From contig OY843586.1 in NCBI GenBank assembly GCA_963692885.1, positions 4,121,061-4,185,060 on the forward strand: a stretch of 64,000 nt of DNA, given 5' to 3'. The stretch is from Acidobacteriaceae bacterium (GTDB taxonomy: Bacteria; Acidobacteriota; Terriglobia; Terriglobales; Acidobacteriaceae). The notes beneath the pieces were generated by a model. It did no database searches, was not told the origin of the DNA, and worked only from the letters and a program-made list of their open reading frames with translations. The position numbers and the translations under genes are program-made. Shown piece after piece: positions 1 through 8,549 of the stretch; position 1 is the stretch's first letter, and every line of letters starts with the position of its first letter.

Positions 1-503
1 TCTTCGACCCCAAAGTGCCGGACTGCGTCGAAGATCCAATAGATGGTGAGCCCGAGTTCCTTTTCAGCGCGCATGCGGGCACGTTCCATACCGGCAAGCA
101 GTTCTTCGACCAGGTGAGGATTGCGGGCGGCTTCTTCGCGCCGCCAGAAATAGATGACGCCAATGGAGATGTAGACCTCGGCATGGACGACGCCCTGCGC
201 AGCCAGATGCTCGGCCATGCGCCAGGTAATGAGTTCGTAGTCGGCGGCGTTGATGAGACGCCCGGTGATGGCTTTGAAGGCCAGCAGGAACCCGGTGAAA
301 TCAGTGTAATGATAAAGGGCGCGCGCCTGGTCGAGGGTCAGCAACGGCGTCTCGGGATTTTCGTTGGCATGGCGTTCGCTGAGCGCGATCAGCGTCTCCG
401 CCGTGACTGTGCCTTCGAGGTGCAGGTGCAGCTCCGCCTTGGGCAGGGTCCGGAGAAAGGTTAGGAGTTCGGGCGGGTCTGGTGTGAAATCGCGTTCTGC
501 CAT
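1..503 (-). CDS. add: adenosine deaminase family protein, N-terminal part (3' end lies beyond the window edge)
   Basis: Manual reverse translation from ATG (rc of 501-503): MAERDFTPDPPELLTFLRTLPKAELHLHLEGTVTAETLIALSERH... The PKxELHxHLxG HxH metal-binding signature is typical of adenosine/AMP deaminases. It is missing from the ORF track because the frame stays open to position 1. Confidence 0.8.
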   Translation of the reverse strand, partial: MAERDFTPDPPELLTFLRTLPKAELHLHLEGTVTAETLIALSERHANENPETPLLTLDQARALYHYTDFTGFLLAFKAITGRLINAADYELITWRMAEHLAAQGVVHAEVYISIGVIYFWRREEAARNPHLVEELLAGMERARMRAEKELGLTIYWIFDAVRHFGVE

Positions 504-537
504 CTGCTACCAGCTTAGAGCAAACGCTCCTTCGTGG

Positions 538-1032
538 TCAGTCGGCCAGCGCGACGTCCTCCAACGCGATCTCCAGTTGCGCGGCTATGGCCTCCACCAC
601 CAGAGCATGGTCCTTGCGCTGCGGCAGGCCGGAAGCGGTGATGGTGCCGACACAGCCGGTGCCAGTGAGCATGATCGGAAAGCAGCCACCGTGGGTTGCG
701 TAGTCGCGCAAGGGGAGATCGAGCTTGGCCTGGAGCGTCGTCTTCTCGAGCTCGAGCTGCAGACCCATGGCATAGGAACTGCGATGAAACCGGAGGACAG
801 TATTGCGCTTTCGTCGCATCCAGTCTGCGTTCATGGGCGTGGTGCCAGGCAGCGCGCAGTGGAAGAGCAGATGGTCGCCGAGTTGAATATCGAAGGCCAT
901 CGGCGCGTTCAGCTCGACCGCTCGCCGGCGCAGATAATTGCCGACCTCCCAAGCAGTGTCCGTGTTGAAGTGCGGGAAATGGAGACGTTCTTCCTGGTAG
1001 CGAATGCGGGCGAGGTCCTGTTCGATAGTCAT
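538..1032 (-). CDS. UPF0303 / heme-degrading (GlcG-HbpS-like) domain protein
   Basis: Track ORF 538..1260. The internal ATG at 1032 (MTIEQDLARIRYQEERLHFPHF...) is preferred because the longer form would overlap the 3' end of the GMC gene by about 140 nt. The sequence resembles the UPF0303 family (ends ...ASGLPQRKDHALVVEAI...). Confidence 0.7.
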   Translation of the reverse strand: MTIEQDLARIRYQEERLHFPHFNTDTAWEVGNYLRRRAVELNAPMAFDIQLGDHLLFHCALPGTTPMNADWMRRKRNTVLRFHRSSYAMGLQLELEKTTLQAKLDLPLRDYATHGGCFPIMLTGTGCVGTITASGLPQRKDHALVVEAIAAQLEIALEDVALAD

Positions 1033-1121
1033 GCGATGCTCTCTGCTGAGATTATCGCTAAAGGCAAAACAATGCAGATCTGTCCGCCTCGCAGCGAGAT
1101 GACAATCTGGAAGAAGTGGTT

Positions 1122-2681
1122 CTAGTTCCTGCCCAGGAAGTGATCCGACAGGCGCAGCGACAGCGCAACGATGGTCAGCGCGGGATTCGCGGCCATCGCG
1201 CTTGGGAAGACAGAATGATCGTTGATCCAGAGGTTCGGCAGGTCGTGCGCCTTGCCCCATTGGTCGACGACCGACTGCTCCGGGTCATCGCCCATCCGGC
1301 AGGTGCCGATGCAATGGGCAGTGCGTCCGAAACTCCAGACATCGGTCCCGCCGGCGGCTGCCCAGATGGCGCGCATCGTTTTTTCGGCATGCGCGGACAT
1401 CTTCGCTTCATTCTCTTCTGCTGTGAAATGAATCAGCGGCTTGGGCAGGCCGCGGCTGTCGAGTTCGTCCGATAGCTCGAGGTAGTTGCGATCACTTGGC
1501 AGGCAGTCGCCATTCACGCCCAGGCCGGCAACATGGTTAAAACAACGCAGATAGTTCGTCAGCGCCGCGCCCCACAACTTGCGACCGCGTACCACGCTGT
1601 CTGCCCAGGTGACCGGCATGATGCCGTAGCTCTGGACCAGGTAGCCGCCGGCGAAATCCGCGTCGCCGGGACGCAGCGTGTCCTCGGTGATGAGTGATGC
1701 TGGAAAGCCTTTGTAGGGGCGCGTCTCATCCGGGAACGTTCCCCAGATCTGCGTCGCGGTGTGGGCCATGAAGTTGCGGCCGACCTGGCCGCTCGCATTG
1801 GCAAGTCCAGTGCGTAACAGGAACCGTGGCGTTTCAATCGCGCCGCCGCACAGGAAGACGTTTTTGCATTTCTGGCGCACTTCCCTGCCGTCCTGGTTGT
1901 AGATGACGGCAGTGATGCGGTCCTGCGCGTCGCGCTCGAAGTCGAGAGCGAAGCAGCGCGAACGGATTTCGGCTCCTGCGCGAATGGCGGCGACGAGAAA
2001 GGTCACGTCCATACTGGCCTTGGCGCCATTGCGACAGCCCTGGTGACAGAAGCCGCGATTGGTACACGCGTGCCGCAAACCATACTCGGCCCGTTCGTAG
2101 TCACTCGACACTGCAGCGATGGGCGCGGGCGCAGTACGAATGCCGAGTTCGGCGCAGCCCCGCTGCATCAACTGCGCCGGGGCGTTAAGGGCGACAGGAG
2201 GCAGAGGATAACGGCGAGAGGGATCCCAGGGATAGTCTTCAGGACCGGAAATACCGAGGAAGGCCTCAGCTTCGAGGTAATAAGGCAGCAGGTCGCGGTA
2301 GCGGATGGGCCAGTCAACGCCGCGGCCAAATTCGCTGTGCAGGGCAAAGTCGCGCGCGTCGGCGCGGGGTGCGTAGGCTCCCCAGTGCAGGGTCGAGCCG
2401 CCGACACCGGTACCGCTGTTATTTTTTCCAAAAGCGACCGGGTTGGCGCCATCGGTGATGCGCTCGTCCAGCCAGTACAGGTAGCTCTGGGCGACTTCAT
2501 CGGAGGCGAAATCCGCCGGGTTCTGGAACTCACCGGCCTCGAGTGCGATGACGGACAGGCCAGCCTGCGCAAGTCGCGCGAGGATCGGCGCTCCACCGGC
2601 ACCGGTGCCGATGATGACTGCATCCACTTCTTCGCCGTGCTGGAAGCGCTGCATGGGACGTTGGGAGAGTGGCAGGGTCAA
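1122..2681 (-). CDS. GMC family FAD-dependent oxidoreductase
   Basis: N-terminal Rossmann motif VIIGTGAGGAP..ALEAG and a GMC C-terminal region (HCIGTCRMGDDPEQSVVD...NLWINDHSVFPS). The start is either TTG at 2681 (TTGA overlap with the upstream stop) or ATG at 2654. Confidence 0.9.
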   Translation of the reverse strand: MTLPLSQRPMQRFQHGEEVDAVIIGTGAGGAPILARLAQAGLSVIALEAGEFQNPADFASDEVAQSYLYWLDERITDGANPVAFGKNNSGTGVGGSTLHWGAYAPRADARDFALHSEFGRGVDWPIRYRDLLPYYLEAEAFLGISGPEDYPWDPSRRYPLPPVALNAPAQLMQRGCAELGIRTAPAPIAAVSSDYERAEYGLRHACTNRGFCHQGCRNGAKASMDVTFLVAAIRAGAEIRSRCFALDFERDAQDRITAVIYNQDGREVRQKCKNVFLCGGAIETPRFLLRTGLANASGQVGRNFMAHTATQIWGTFPDETRPYKGFPASLITEDTLRPGDADFAGGYLVQSYGIMPVTWADSVVRGRKLWGAALTNYLRCFNHVAGLGVNGDCLPSDRNYLELSDELDSRGLPKPLIHFTAEENEAKMSAHAEKTMRAIWAAAGGTDVWSFGRTAHCIGTCRMGDDPEQSVVDQWGKAHDLPNLWINDHSVFPSAMAANPALTIVALSLRLSDHFLGRN

Positions 2682-3325
2682 CGGCGGCGGCCATCTGTGC
2701 CGGTAGCCGCCAAACGGGTTTCCGGCTCCCAGGGCTGGGCACTGTTCAAGCCGATTTCAGACCAGCCATCAGGATCATCCGCAAAGGCATCGATGCCTAG
2801 CTGCAGCATTTTCCCTGGATCCGAGATGTAAAGCTCTGTCGCGTCGGCGAGGACTTCTTCAAACCATCGAACAGAGTCAAAGCCGGGCCAGACAACCTTG
2901 CCGTGCTGCACGCGTGCCAGCAGCATCTCCTGCTGCTCTGTGGAAAGGCTGACAAAGCTGACCTGATGCTCGGCGATGGCAGTCTTCTCTATCCAATCGA
3001 GACCTTGCGCAAGGGCTGCGGCATCAGACGGCAGAGTACCGTACCGCCAGCCATTGCCTTTACCAGTGGCGCGAGCTTCTTCCAGTTGCGCCGAGATGAC
3101 GTGCGAAGGCAGCCCGATGGAAGCTTCGCTGGCATCCTCGTGTATGTCCTCCAGCAGGAGCCGCGCGATGATCTGCTGCAGAATTGCAAATGCCGCGGGT
3201 GTGATTGCCTTTGGCTCATAGGACTGGCCCTGTTGCTGCGCGGCTTCCAGCCGGATGTTCAGGACCTTCCGCGTGGGTGAAGATACACGGGAACTGTCGA
3301 GAATCTGTAGGAGCTTCGAATCCAT
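2678..3325 (-). CDS. gluconate 2-dehydrogenase subunit 3 family protein (small partner of the GMC oxidoreductase)
   Basis: A 215-aa ORF sits immediately upstream of the GMC gene and overlaps it, which is the usual pairing for this family. I see no RR (Tat) motif at the N-terminus. Confidence 0.65.
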   Translation of the reverse strand: MDSKLLQILDSSRVSSPTRKVLNIRLEAAQQQGQSYEPKAITPAAFAILQQIIARLLLEDIHEDASEASIGLPSHVISAQLEEARATGKGNGWRYGTLPSDAAALAQGLDWIEKTAIAEHQVSFVSLSTEQQEMLLARVQHGKVVWPGFDSVRWFEEVLADATELYISDPGKMLQLGIDAFADDPDGWSEIGLNSAQPWEPETRLAATGTDGRRR

Positions 3326-3450
3326 TCAACCTCAATCAACATGGGAAGTTACCAGCGTCATGCGTCTGACTGTCTGTGATGCGAAACGGGTAAGCAGAAA
3401 TGTTGCAGGCGCCTACAACATTCAGGGGATTCAAAAGAAGATGTTTGTTT

Positions 3451-5013
3451 TTAGCGGGATCGAGCGCGATCAGCAGGGCAGAACTCGCTGCGATGGCGGG
3501 AGTAGAGGAAGTAGATGGAGAGGCCGATGACCAGCCAGACCACGAACCGGAGCCAAGTGATAATTGGCAGGCCAGCCATGAGCAGGAGGCAGAACAGGAT
3601 GCTCAGGACAGGGGTGACGATTCCGCCCGGAGCGCGGAAGCCGCGGTGGCGTTCCGGCTCCCTGACACGCAGGATAATGACACCAATCGACACCAGCACG
3701 AACGCGAACAGGGTGCCGATGTTCGACAGGTCGGCCAGGGTGCCGATATCGAACAGGCCGGACGGTATGCCGACGACCACACCGGCGACCCAGGTGGCGA
3801 CGGCGGGTGTCCGGTACTTGGGATGAACGCGGCCGAAGACGGCGGGCAGCAGACGGTCGCGGGACATGGCGAACCAGACGCGGGACTGGCCGATCTGGAA
3901 GACCAGGATGGAGGAGATCATGCCAAGGATAGCGCCGACCAGGACAGCCAGCCGCACCCAGTAAAGCGCATGATGGCCGGGCAGAACGGAGAGCTTCTTC
4001 AGTGCATTGACGACCGGGGCAGCGTCGTCGACCATGCTGTCCCACTTCACCAGGCCAGTGAGGCCCAGCGCGACGGCGACGTACAGCACGGTGCAAACAA
4101 TGAGCGTGGCGATGATGCCGATGGGGACGTCGCGGCGAGGATTCTTGCACTCCTCGGCAGCGGTCGAGACGGAGTCGAAGCCGATGTACGTAAAGAAAAT
4201 GATGGAGCCACCGGTTAGAATGCCTGACCAGCCATTGGGGGCGAAGGGATGCCAGTTGCTGGGATGGAAGTATTCGGCAGCAGCGAAAACGAAGACCAGG
4301 ATGGCGGCTATTTTGAGCAGCACCATAGTGTTATTGGCGCCGGCAGATTCGCGGATACCGCGCACCAGGACGACGGTGATCAGCATGACAATCAGGAAGG
4401 CCGGGATGTTGAATCCTGGATGCCAGCCTGCCTTGTAAATGGTATTGCCGGCGAGGTCGGTGAGCCCGTCGGGAAGGTAGGCGGGCGAGATCCATTTAGC
4501 GGAGGGGTGCAGGCCAAACCAGTCGAGCAGGTCGACAATATGGGCGGCAAAACCGACGCTTACCGTCATATTGGAACCGGCGTATTCAAGGATCAGGTCC
4601 CAGCCGATAATCCACGCGATCAGTTCGCCCAGCGTGGCGTAGGTATACGTGTAGGCCGACCCGGCGATCGGGATCATTGAAGCCAGTTCGGCATAACAGA
4701 GGCCTGTAAAGGCGCAGACAATCGCAACCAGTACGAGCGAAAGCGCGAGCGCCGGGCCGGCACCCGGCCGGCCAGTCAAATTCGCGTGATGCAGAAGGAA
4801 ATTGATGACCGGCGAATTGAGAATCGACGACGTGTCAAATTTCTCGCCGGAGATGGCAGTGCCGATGACCGTGAAAATACCCGAGCCAATGACCGCACCG
4901 ATACCGAGCGCCGTCAGCGAGACAGGGCCAAGTGTCTTCTTAAGGGCGTGCTCCGGCGCTTCGGAGTCCGAGATCAGCTTGTCGATCGATTTACGAGCGA
5001 AGAGTTGCGACAG
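3451..5013 (-). CDS. APC superfamily amino acid permease
   Basis: The track ORF starts at TTG 4779, but the frame stays open upstream and encodes the conserved TM1 region ...KKTLGPVSLTALGIGAVIGSGIFTVIGTAISGE... No in-frame ATG/GTG/TTG exists between 4779 and the stop at 5086-5088. The best start is CTG at 5011-5013, preceded by GGAG 9 nt upstream, giving MSQLFARKSIDKLISDSE... Confidence 0.85.
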   Translation of the reverse strand: MSQLFARKSIDKLISDSEAPEHALKKTLGPVSLTALGIGAVIGSGIFTVIGTAISGEKFDTSSILNSPVINFLLHHANLTGRPGAGPALALSLVLVAIVCAFTGLCYAELASMIPIAGSAYTYTYATLGELIAWIIGWDLILEYAGSNMTVSVGFAAHIVDLLDWFGLHPSAKWISPAYLPDGLTDLAGNTIYKAGWHPGFNIPAFLIVMLITVVLVRGIRESAGANNTMVLLKIAAILVFVFAAAEYFHPSNWHPFAPNGWSGILTGGSIIFFTYIGFDSVSTAAEECKNPRRDVPIGIIATLIVCTVLYVAVALGLTGLVKWDSMVDDAAPVVNALKKLSVLPGHHALYWVRLAVLVGAILGMISSILVFQIGQSRVWFAMSRDRLLPAVFGRVHPKYRTPAVATWVAGVVVGIPSGLFDIGTLADLSNIGTLFAFVLVSIGVIILRVREPERHRGFRAPGGIVTPVLSILFCLLLMAGLPIITWLRFVVWLVIGLSIYFLYSRHRSEFCPADRARSR

Positions 5014-5085
5014 GGACGGTGGCTCCGGGTAGAAATCTTGGGTTTGGTCCCGGCGCGTCGTAGGGCCGGCTAACGGAAGATTATC

Positions 5086-5241
5086 TTAACGCTTGTTCTG
5101 GCCCTTGGCTGCTTTTTTCAGCTTCTGCTTGGCGGCGCCGCGTGCGCCGGCGCGGGGGCCCTTAGGCGCAGCCTTTTTACGTGCGGCGCGCTTGATTGCT
5201 TTACGTTCTTCGGTGCTTTCGATGTTCTTTGTATTTGCCAT
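5086..5241 (-). CDS. small Lys/Arg/Ala-rich basic protein (51 aa), hypothetical
   Basis: Hand translation: MANTKNIESTEERKAIKRAARKKAAPKGPRAGARGAAKQKLKKAAKGQNKR*. It is below the size cut-off of the ORF track. A purine-rich AAGAGA lies upstream of the ATG. The call rests on the ORF and its composition only. Confidence 0.4.
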   Translation of the reverse strand: MANTKNIESTEERKAIKRAARKKAAPKGPRAGARGAAKQKLKKAAKGQNKR

Positions 5242-5284
5242 TTGCGTCTCTTAACTTTCTAAATTTTGCCTGTATTTTTAGTAC

Positions 5285-5536
5285 CTATTGCTCGTGTCCC
5301 ATCGACGCGGCCTTTGCGGATGGGGCTTCTGCGGCCCTACTCTTCATCGCCGCCAGATCTATGTGAAGGCTAAGTTCTCTGCGCATGAACTCAATAGTCC
5401 GAAACGCTTCGTCATCAGTCATTTTGTGCTCAAGGCTGGAAAATCGCCTGTCGATAGTGTCGAAGCCTTTATCGATGCCATCCAGACTTTCCTGAATCCC
5501 TCTCAGTTCGGGAGCGATAAGATCCTGCAGCCTCAA
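5285..5536 (-). CDS. hypothetical small coiled-coil-like protein (83 aa)
   Basis: Track ORF. The only possible start is TTG, there is no clear SD, and it uses several rare AGA/AGG/ATA codons. The heptad-like pattern LxxIQESLDGIDKGFDTIDRRFSSLEHK is present. The call is weak. Confidence 0.35.
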   Translation of the reverse strand: MRLQDLIAPELRGIQESLDGIDKGFDTIDRRFSSLEHKMTDDEAFRTIEFMRRELSLHIDLAAMKSRAAEAPSAKAASMGHEQ

Positions 5537-5588
5537 GCGCCCATGCGTGTTGCCCCTGCGCTGGTCGGTTCATAACAACGCACAGACG

Positions 5589-8489
5589 TTATGCTCGTTC
5601 CAGGTTGGCGAATTTCTCTACCAGCTTTTTTATCCCGAACTTAGCAAATTGTACTGTAAGTTTGGCATCGTCGCCGTCTCCTTCGCGGCGGAAGATGGTG
5701 CCCTCGCCGTATTTGGGATGACGAACACGTTGGCCGCTCTGAAAGCCGGTGGCGCCTGTGGGCGTGGGGACGGGAAGCTTGGGTCTTGCAATCGGTGCGC
5801 CGGCCCGTGCTCCCTTGGCTCCGAAAAAGCTGGCGATGTTATCGATCGAGTCGGGCTTTTTAGCCGTACTGCCCGGGGCCGAGAAACTGCGCCGCGGCGT
5901 TGCATTCGCCGTACTGCCTCCACTGAACCGGGTCGCGGTCTGGTCTTCGTCTTCGTAGGAGTAGTGGCGGCTGGTGCCTTCGTCGTCACTGCCGGACCTG
6001 CGGCTGCGATAGCCACCATACGCTCCGCCGTAGCCGCCGGACGTGACGCTGCTGCCGTACATGCCTCTGTTTTGCGCGCCGCTCAGGTCTTCAAGCAGGT
6101 GCTGAGGAATCTCTTCGAGGAAGCGTGAGGCGACCGATGCATCCGGCATGTCATTGCCGAAGCGTCGACGGTAACGGGCCCGGCTGACGATCAGCGTATC
6201 CATCGCGCGCGTCATGCCGACATAGCAGAGACGCCGCTCTTCTTCGAGGCCATTCGGATCGTTGAGCGTGCGCGAATGTGGGAACAATCCTTCTTCCATG
6301 CCGGCGAGCAGCACCAGCGGGAACTCCAGACCCTTCGCGGCGTGCAGAGTCATCAGGGTGACACGCGAATCCGGATTGTATTTGTCAGTATCGGAAACGA
6401 GGGCGGCGTGGTCCAGGAATTCTGATAGGGACTCGCCGCGTTCCTGCGCATCCTGCGCCGCGTTGGCCAGTTCCTTCAGGTTTTCAATGCGGGAGATGGC
6501 TTCAGGTGTGCCTTCGTCTTCGAGCGCGCGGATGTAGCCGGAGCGGTCGATGAGGAAGCGGATGAGCTCGGGCAGCGTTGCGGCGTCGCCGGGTGAACGG
6601 AAAGCGGGGCGCGCGACCTCGGTTCCAGACGTGTCGGCAGGCCCAGGTCTCAAATGCGAGACCTGGGGCACCCGGGTGCTGGATGATTCGGCGTCGCCGA
6701 AGGGATTAAAGCTCGCAGGATTAAAGTCTGCATCGGCTTCTGCGGCGAGCGGGATCGGCGACGATTCGGATGCGAAGCTGAAGCTGGTGTCTTCTTCGCC
6801 ATCCTCCGTATCCGCGTCATGCGAGAGACCAAGACTTCCCTGGGCGTCGTCGTCGAATGAAAAAGATGTATCGGCTTCGGTCGACGGTTCGGATGGCAGC
6901 GGCGTGCCGAACTCATCATGCATGAGCGCGTCTTCGCTCATTTCAAAACTGGTATCGTCTTCCGGACCTTCACTCTGTTCGGCGATGCCTTCTTCCGGAG
7001 GAGCAAGATCAGCCGAGAGCTTGTCAGCGAAGTCAGGCGCGAGCATGGCGTGCGCGTCCTCCATCATGCGCTTGAAGCTTTCGAGCGCGGTGAGCGCTCG
7101 CTGTGGCAGCAGGCGATTCTTGATAACGTGGCCTACAGCAGTCCACGTACTGGCGCCGGTTTCAAGAGCGATGCGTTCAAGCGTATCGAGCGTGGTGCGG
7201 CCAATACCGCGTGCCGGTACATTGATGACGCGGGCCAGCGCGATCGAGTCGTGCGGATTCTGCACCAGCTTCAGGTAGCTGAGCAGGTCTTTCACCTCGG
7301 CGCGGTCGTAGAACGAAAAGCCGCCGACCATTGTGTACTGGATGCTGTAGCGGCGCAGCGCTTCTTCGACCAGCCGCGACTGTGAGTTGGTGCGGTACAG
7401 CACGGCGACGCGCGGCGATTCGACATCTTCACCGGCTTTACGGAAATATTTCTGAATGTAGTCAGCGATATAGAGTGCTTCGTTCTCGCCATCCGGCGCT
7501 TCGTAGTAGCCGATGAGCGAACCACCCACACGCTCGGTGAAAAGGTTCTTGCCCTTACGCTGCAGGTTGCGCGCGACCACTGCTGACGCGCCTTCGAGGA
7601 TGTTCTGCGTCGAGCGATAATTCTGTTCGAGCCGGATGACCTTCGCTTCAGGAAAATCCTTCTCGAACTCGAGGATGTTCTTGATATCCGCGCCGCGCCA
7701 GGAGTAGATACTCTGGTCTTCATCACCGACGACACAGACATTGTGCTCTTTGCCGGCGAGCAACTTCATCAATTCATACTGCGGGCGGTTAGTGTCCTGA
7801 TATTCATCGATCAGGATGTATTTGAAACGGCGATTATAGCGCTCGCGGACTTCGGCCGATGACTTCAGCAGACGTACGGTTTCAAGCAGCAGGTCGTCGA
7901 AGTCGAGCGCGTTGTTCTTGCGCAGTTCCTTGCGATACGCCTCGTAGATATGCGAGATGCGCTCAGTAGTCGGGTCCGAGGAGTTAAGGTAAAACTCCTG
8001 CGGGTCGAGCATGTGATTCTTCGCCCACGAAATACGCGAGAGCACGGTGCGCGGCGTGAGCTGCTTGTCGTCGATGCCCATGCGGCGCATCGCCTGCTTG
8101 ACAATAGCCTGCTGATCGCTCTCATCGTAAATCGCAAAAGTGCGGGTGAGCCCGGCATCGGGACCACTGCCGATGCGCAGGGCTTCAATATCCCGCCGCA
8201 GTACGCGTACACAGAACGAATGAAAGGTCGCGAGCAGGGGTTGGGCAAGTGTGGAGTTGACCAGCAGCTTCTCCACGCGCTCCCGCATCTCGGCGGATGC
8301 CTTATTGGTAAAAGTGACAGCGAGGATGGAATCGGGCGAGACGCCTCGCGCTTCAATCAGGTACGCGATGCGATGCGTAATGACGCGCGTCTTGCCGGAG
8401 CCGGCGCCGGCGAGGATGAGCACAGGGCCATCCACCGCCTCAATACCAGCGCGCTGCTGCGGGTTCATCTTTTCAAGGAGACGGTGCAA
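5589..8489 (-). CDS. pcrA: ATP-dependent DNA helicase, PcrA/UvrD family, with large disordered insertions
   Basis: Walker A AGAGSGKT, the DEYQDT motif, QNYRST, and a C-terminal Tudor-like segment GQRVRHPKYGEGTIFRREGDGDDAKLTVQF. The start is TTG 8489 or ATG 8468. Confidence 0.93.
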   Translation of the reverse strand: MHRLLEKMNPQQRAGIEAVDGPVLILAGAGSGKTRVITHRIAYLIEARGVSPDSILAVTFTNKASAEMRERVEKLLVNSTLAQPLLATFHSFCVRVLRRDIEALRIGSGPDAGLTRTFAIYDESDQQAIVKQAMRRMGIDDKQLTPRTVLSRISWAKNHMLDPQEFYLNSSDPTTERISHIYEAYRKELRKNNALDFDDLLLETVRLLKSSAEVRERYNRRFKYILIDEYQDTNRPQYELMKLLAGKEHNVCVVGDEDQSIYSWRGADIKNILEFEKDFPEAKVIRLEQNYRSTQNILEGASAVVARNLQRKGKNLFTERVGGSLIGYYEAPDGENEALYIADYIQKYFRKAGEDVESPRVAVLYRTNSQSRLVEEALRRYSIQYTMVGGFSFYDRAEVKDLLSYLKLVQNPHDSIALARVINVPARGIGRTTLDTLERIALETGASTWTAVGHVIKNRLLPQRALTALESFKRMMEDAHAMLAPDFADKLSADLAPPEEGIAEQSEGPEDDTSFEMSEDALMHDEFGTPLPSEPSTEADTSFSFDDDAQGSLGLSHDADTEDGEEDTSFSFASESSPIPLAAEADADFNPASFNPFGDAESSSTRVPQVSHLRPGPADTSGTEVARPAFRSPGDAATLPELIRFLIDRSGYIRALEDEGTPEAISRIENLKELANAAQDAQERGESLSEFLDHAALVSDTDKYNPDSRVTLMTLHAAKGLEFPLVLLAGMEEGLFPHSRTLNDPNGLEEERRLCYVGMTRAMDTLIVSRARYRRRFGNDMPDASVASRFLEEIPQHLLEDLSGAQNRGMYGSSVTSGGYGGAYGGYRSRRSGSDDEGTSRHYSYEDEDQTATRFSGGSTANATPRRSFSAPGSTAKKPDSIDNIASFFGAKGARAGAPIARPKLPVPTPTGATGFQSGQRVRHPKYGEGTIFRREGDGDDAKLTVQFAKFGIKKLVEKFANLERA

Positions 8490-8549
8490 AGGCTTACTGC
8501 TTCCTGGGTGGATTCTTCTTCTCCTAGTGTATCGCCCTCGCGTCGCTTT

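Noticed and set aside
5011-5241. A stop-codon read-through fusion of the 51-aa basic ORF with the permease (same frame, one TAA between them).
   Set aside because: Sharing a frame has a one-in-three chance. The 24 intervening codons are not transporter-like, and CTG 5013 with its own GGAG explains the permease start more simply.
6550-7278. A 242-aa plus-strand ORF antisense to the helicase insertion region.
   Set aside because: The low-complexity Ser/Ala-rich translation mirrors the acidic insertion on the other strand. It is a shadow ORF.
5589-8489. The UvrD-like helicase as part of a defence system (Gabija GajB, or Hachiman- or Nhi-like).
   Set aside because: It carries the PcrA-type Tudor-like C-terminal domain and full housekeeping motifs. 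There is no adjacent ATPase/TOPRIM, nuclease or DUF1837 partner; the neighbours are a hydrolase and small ORFs.
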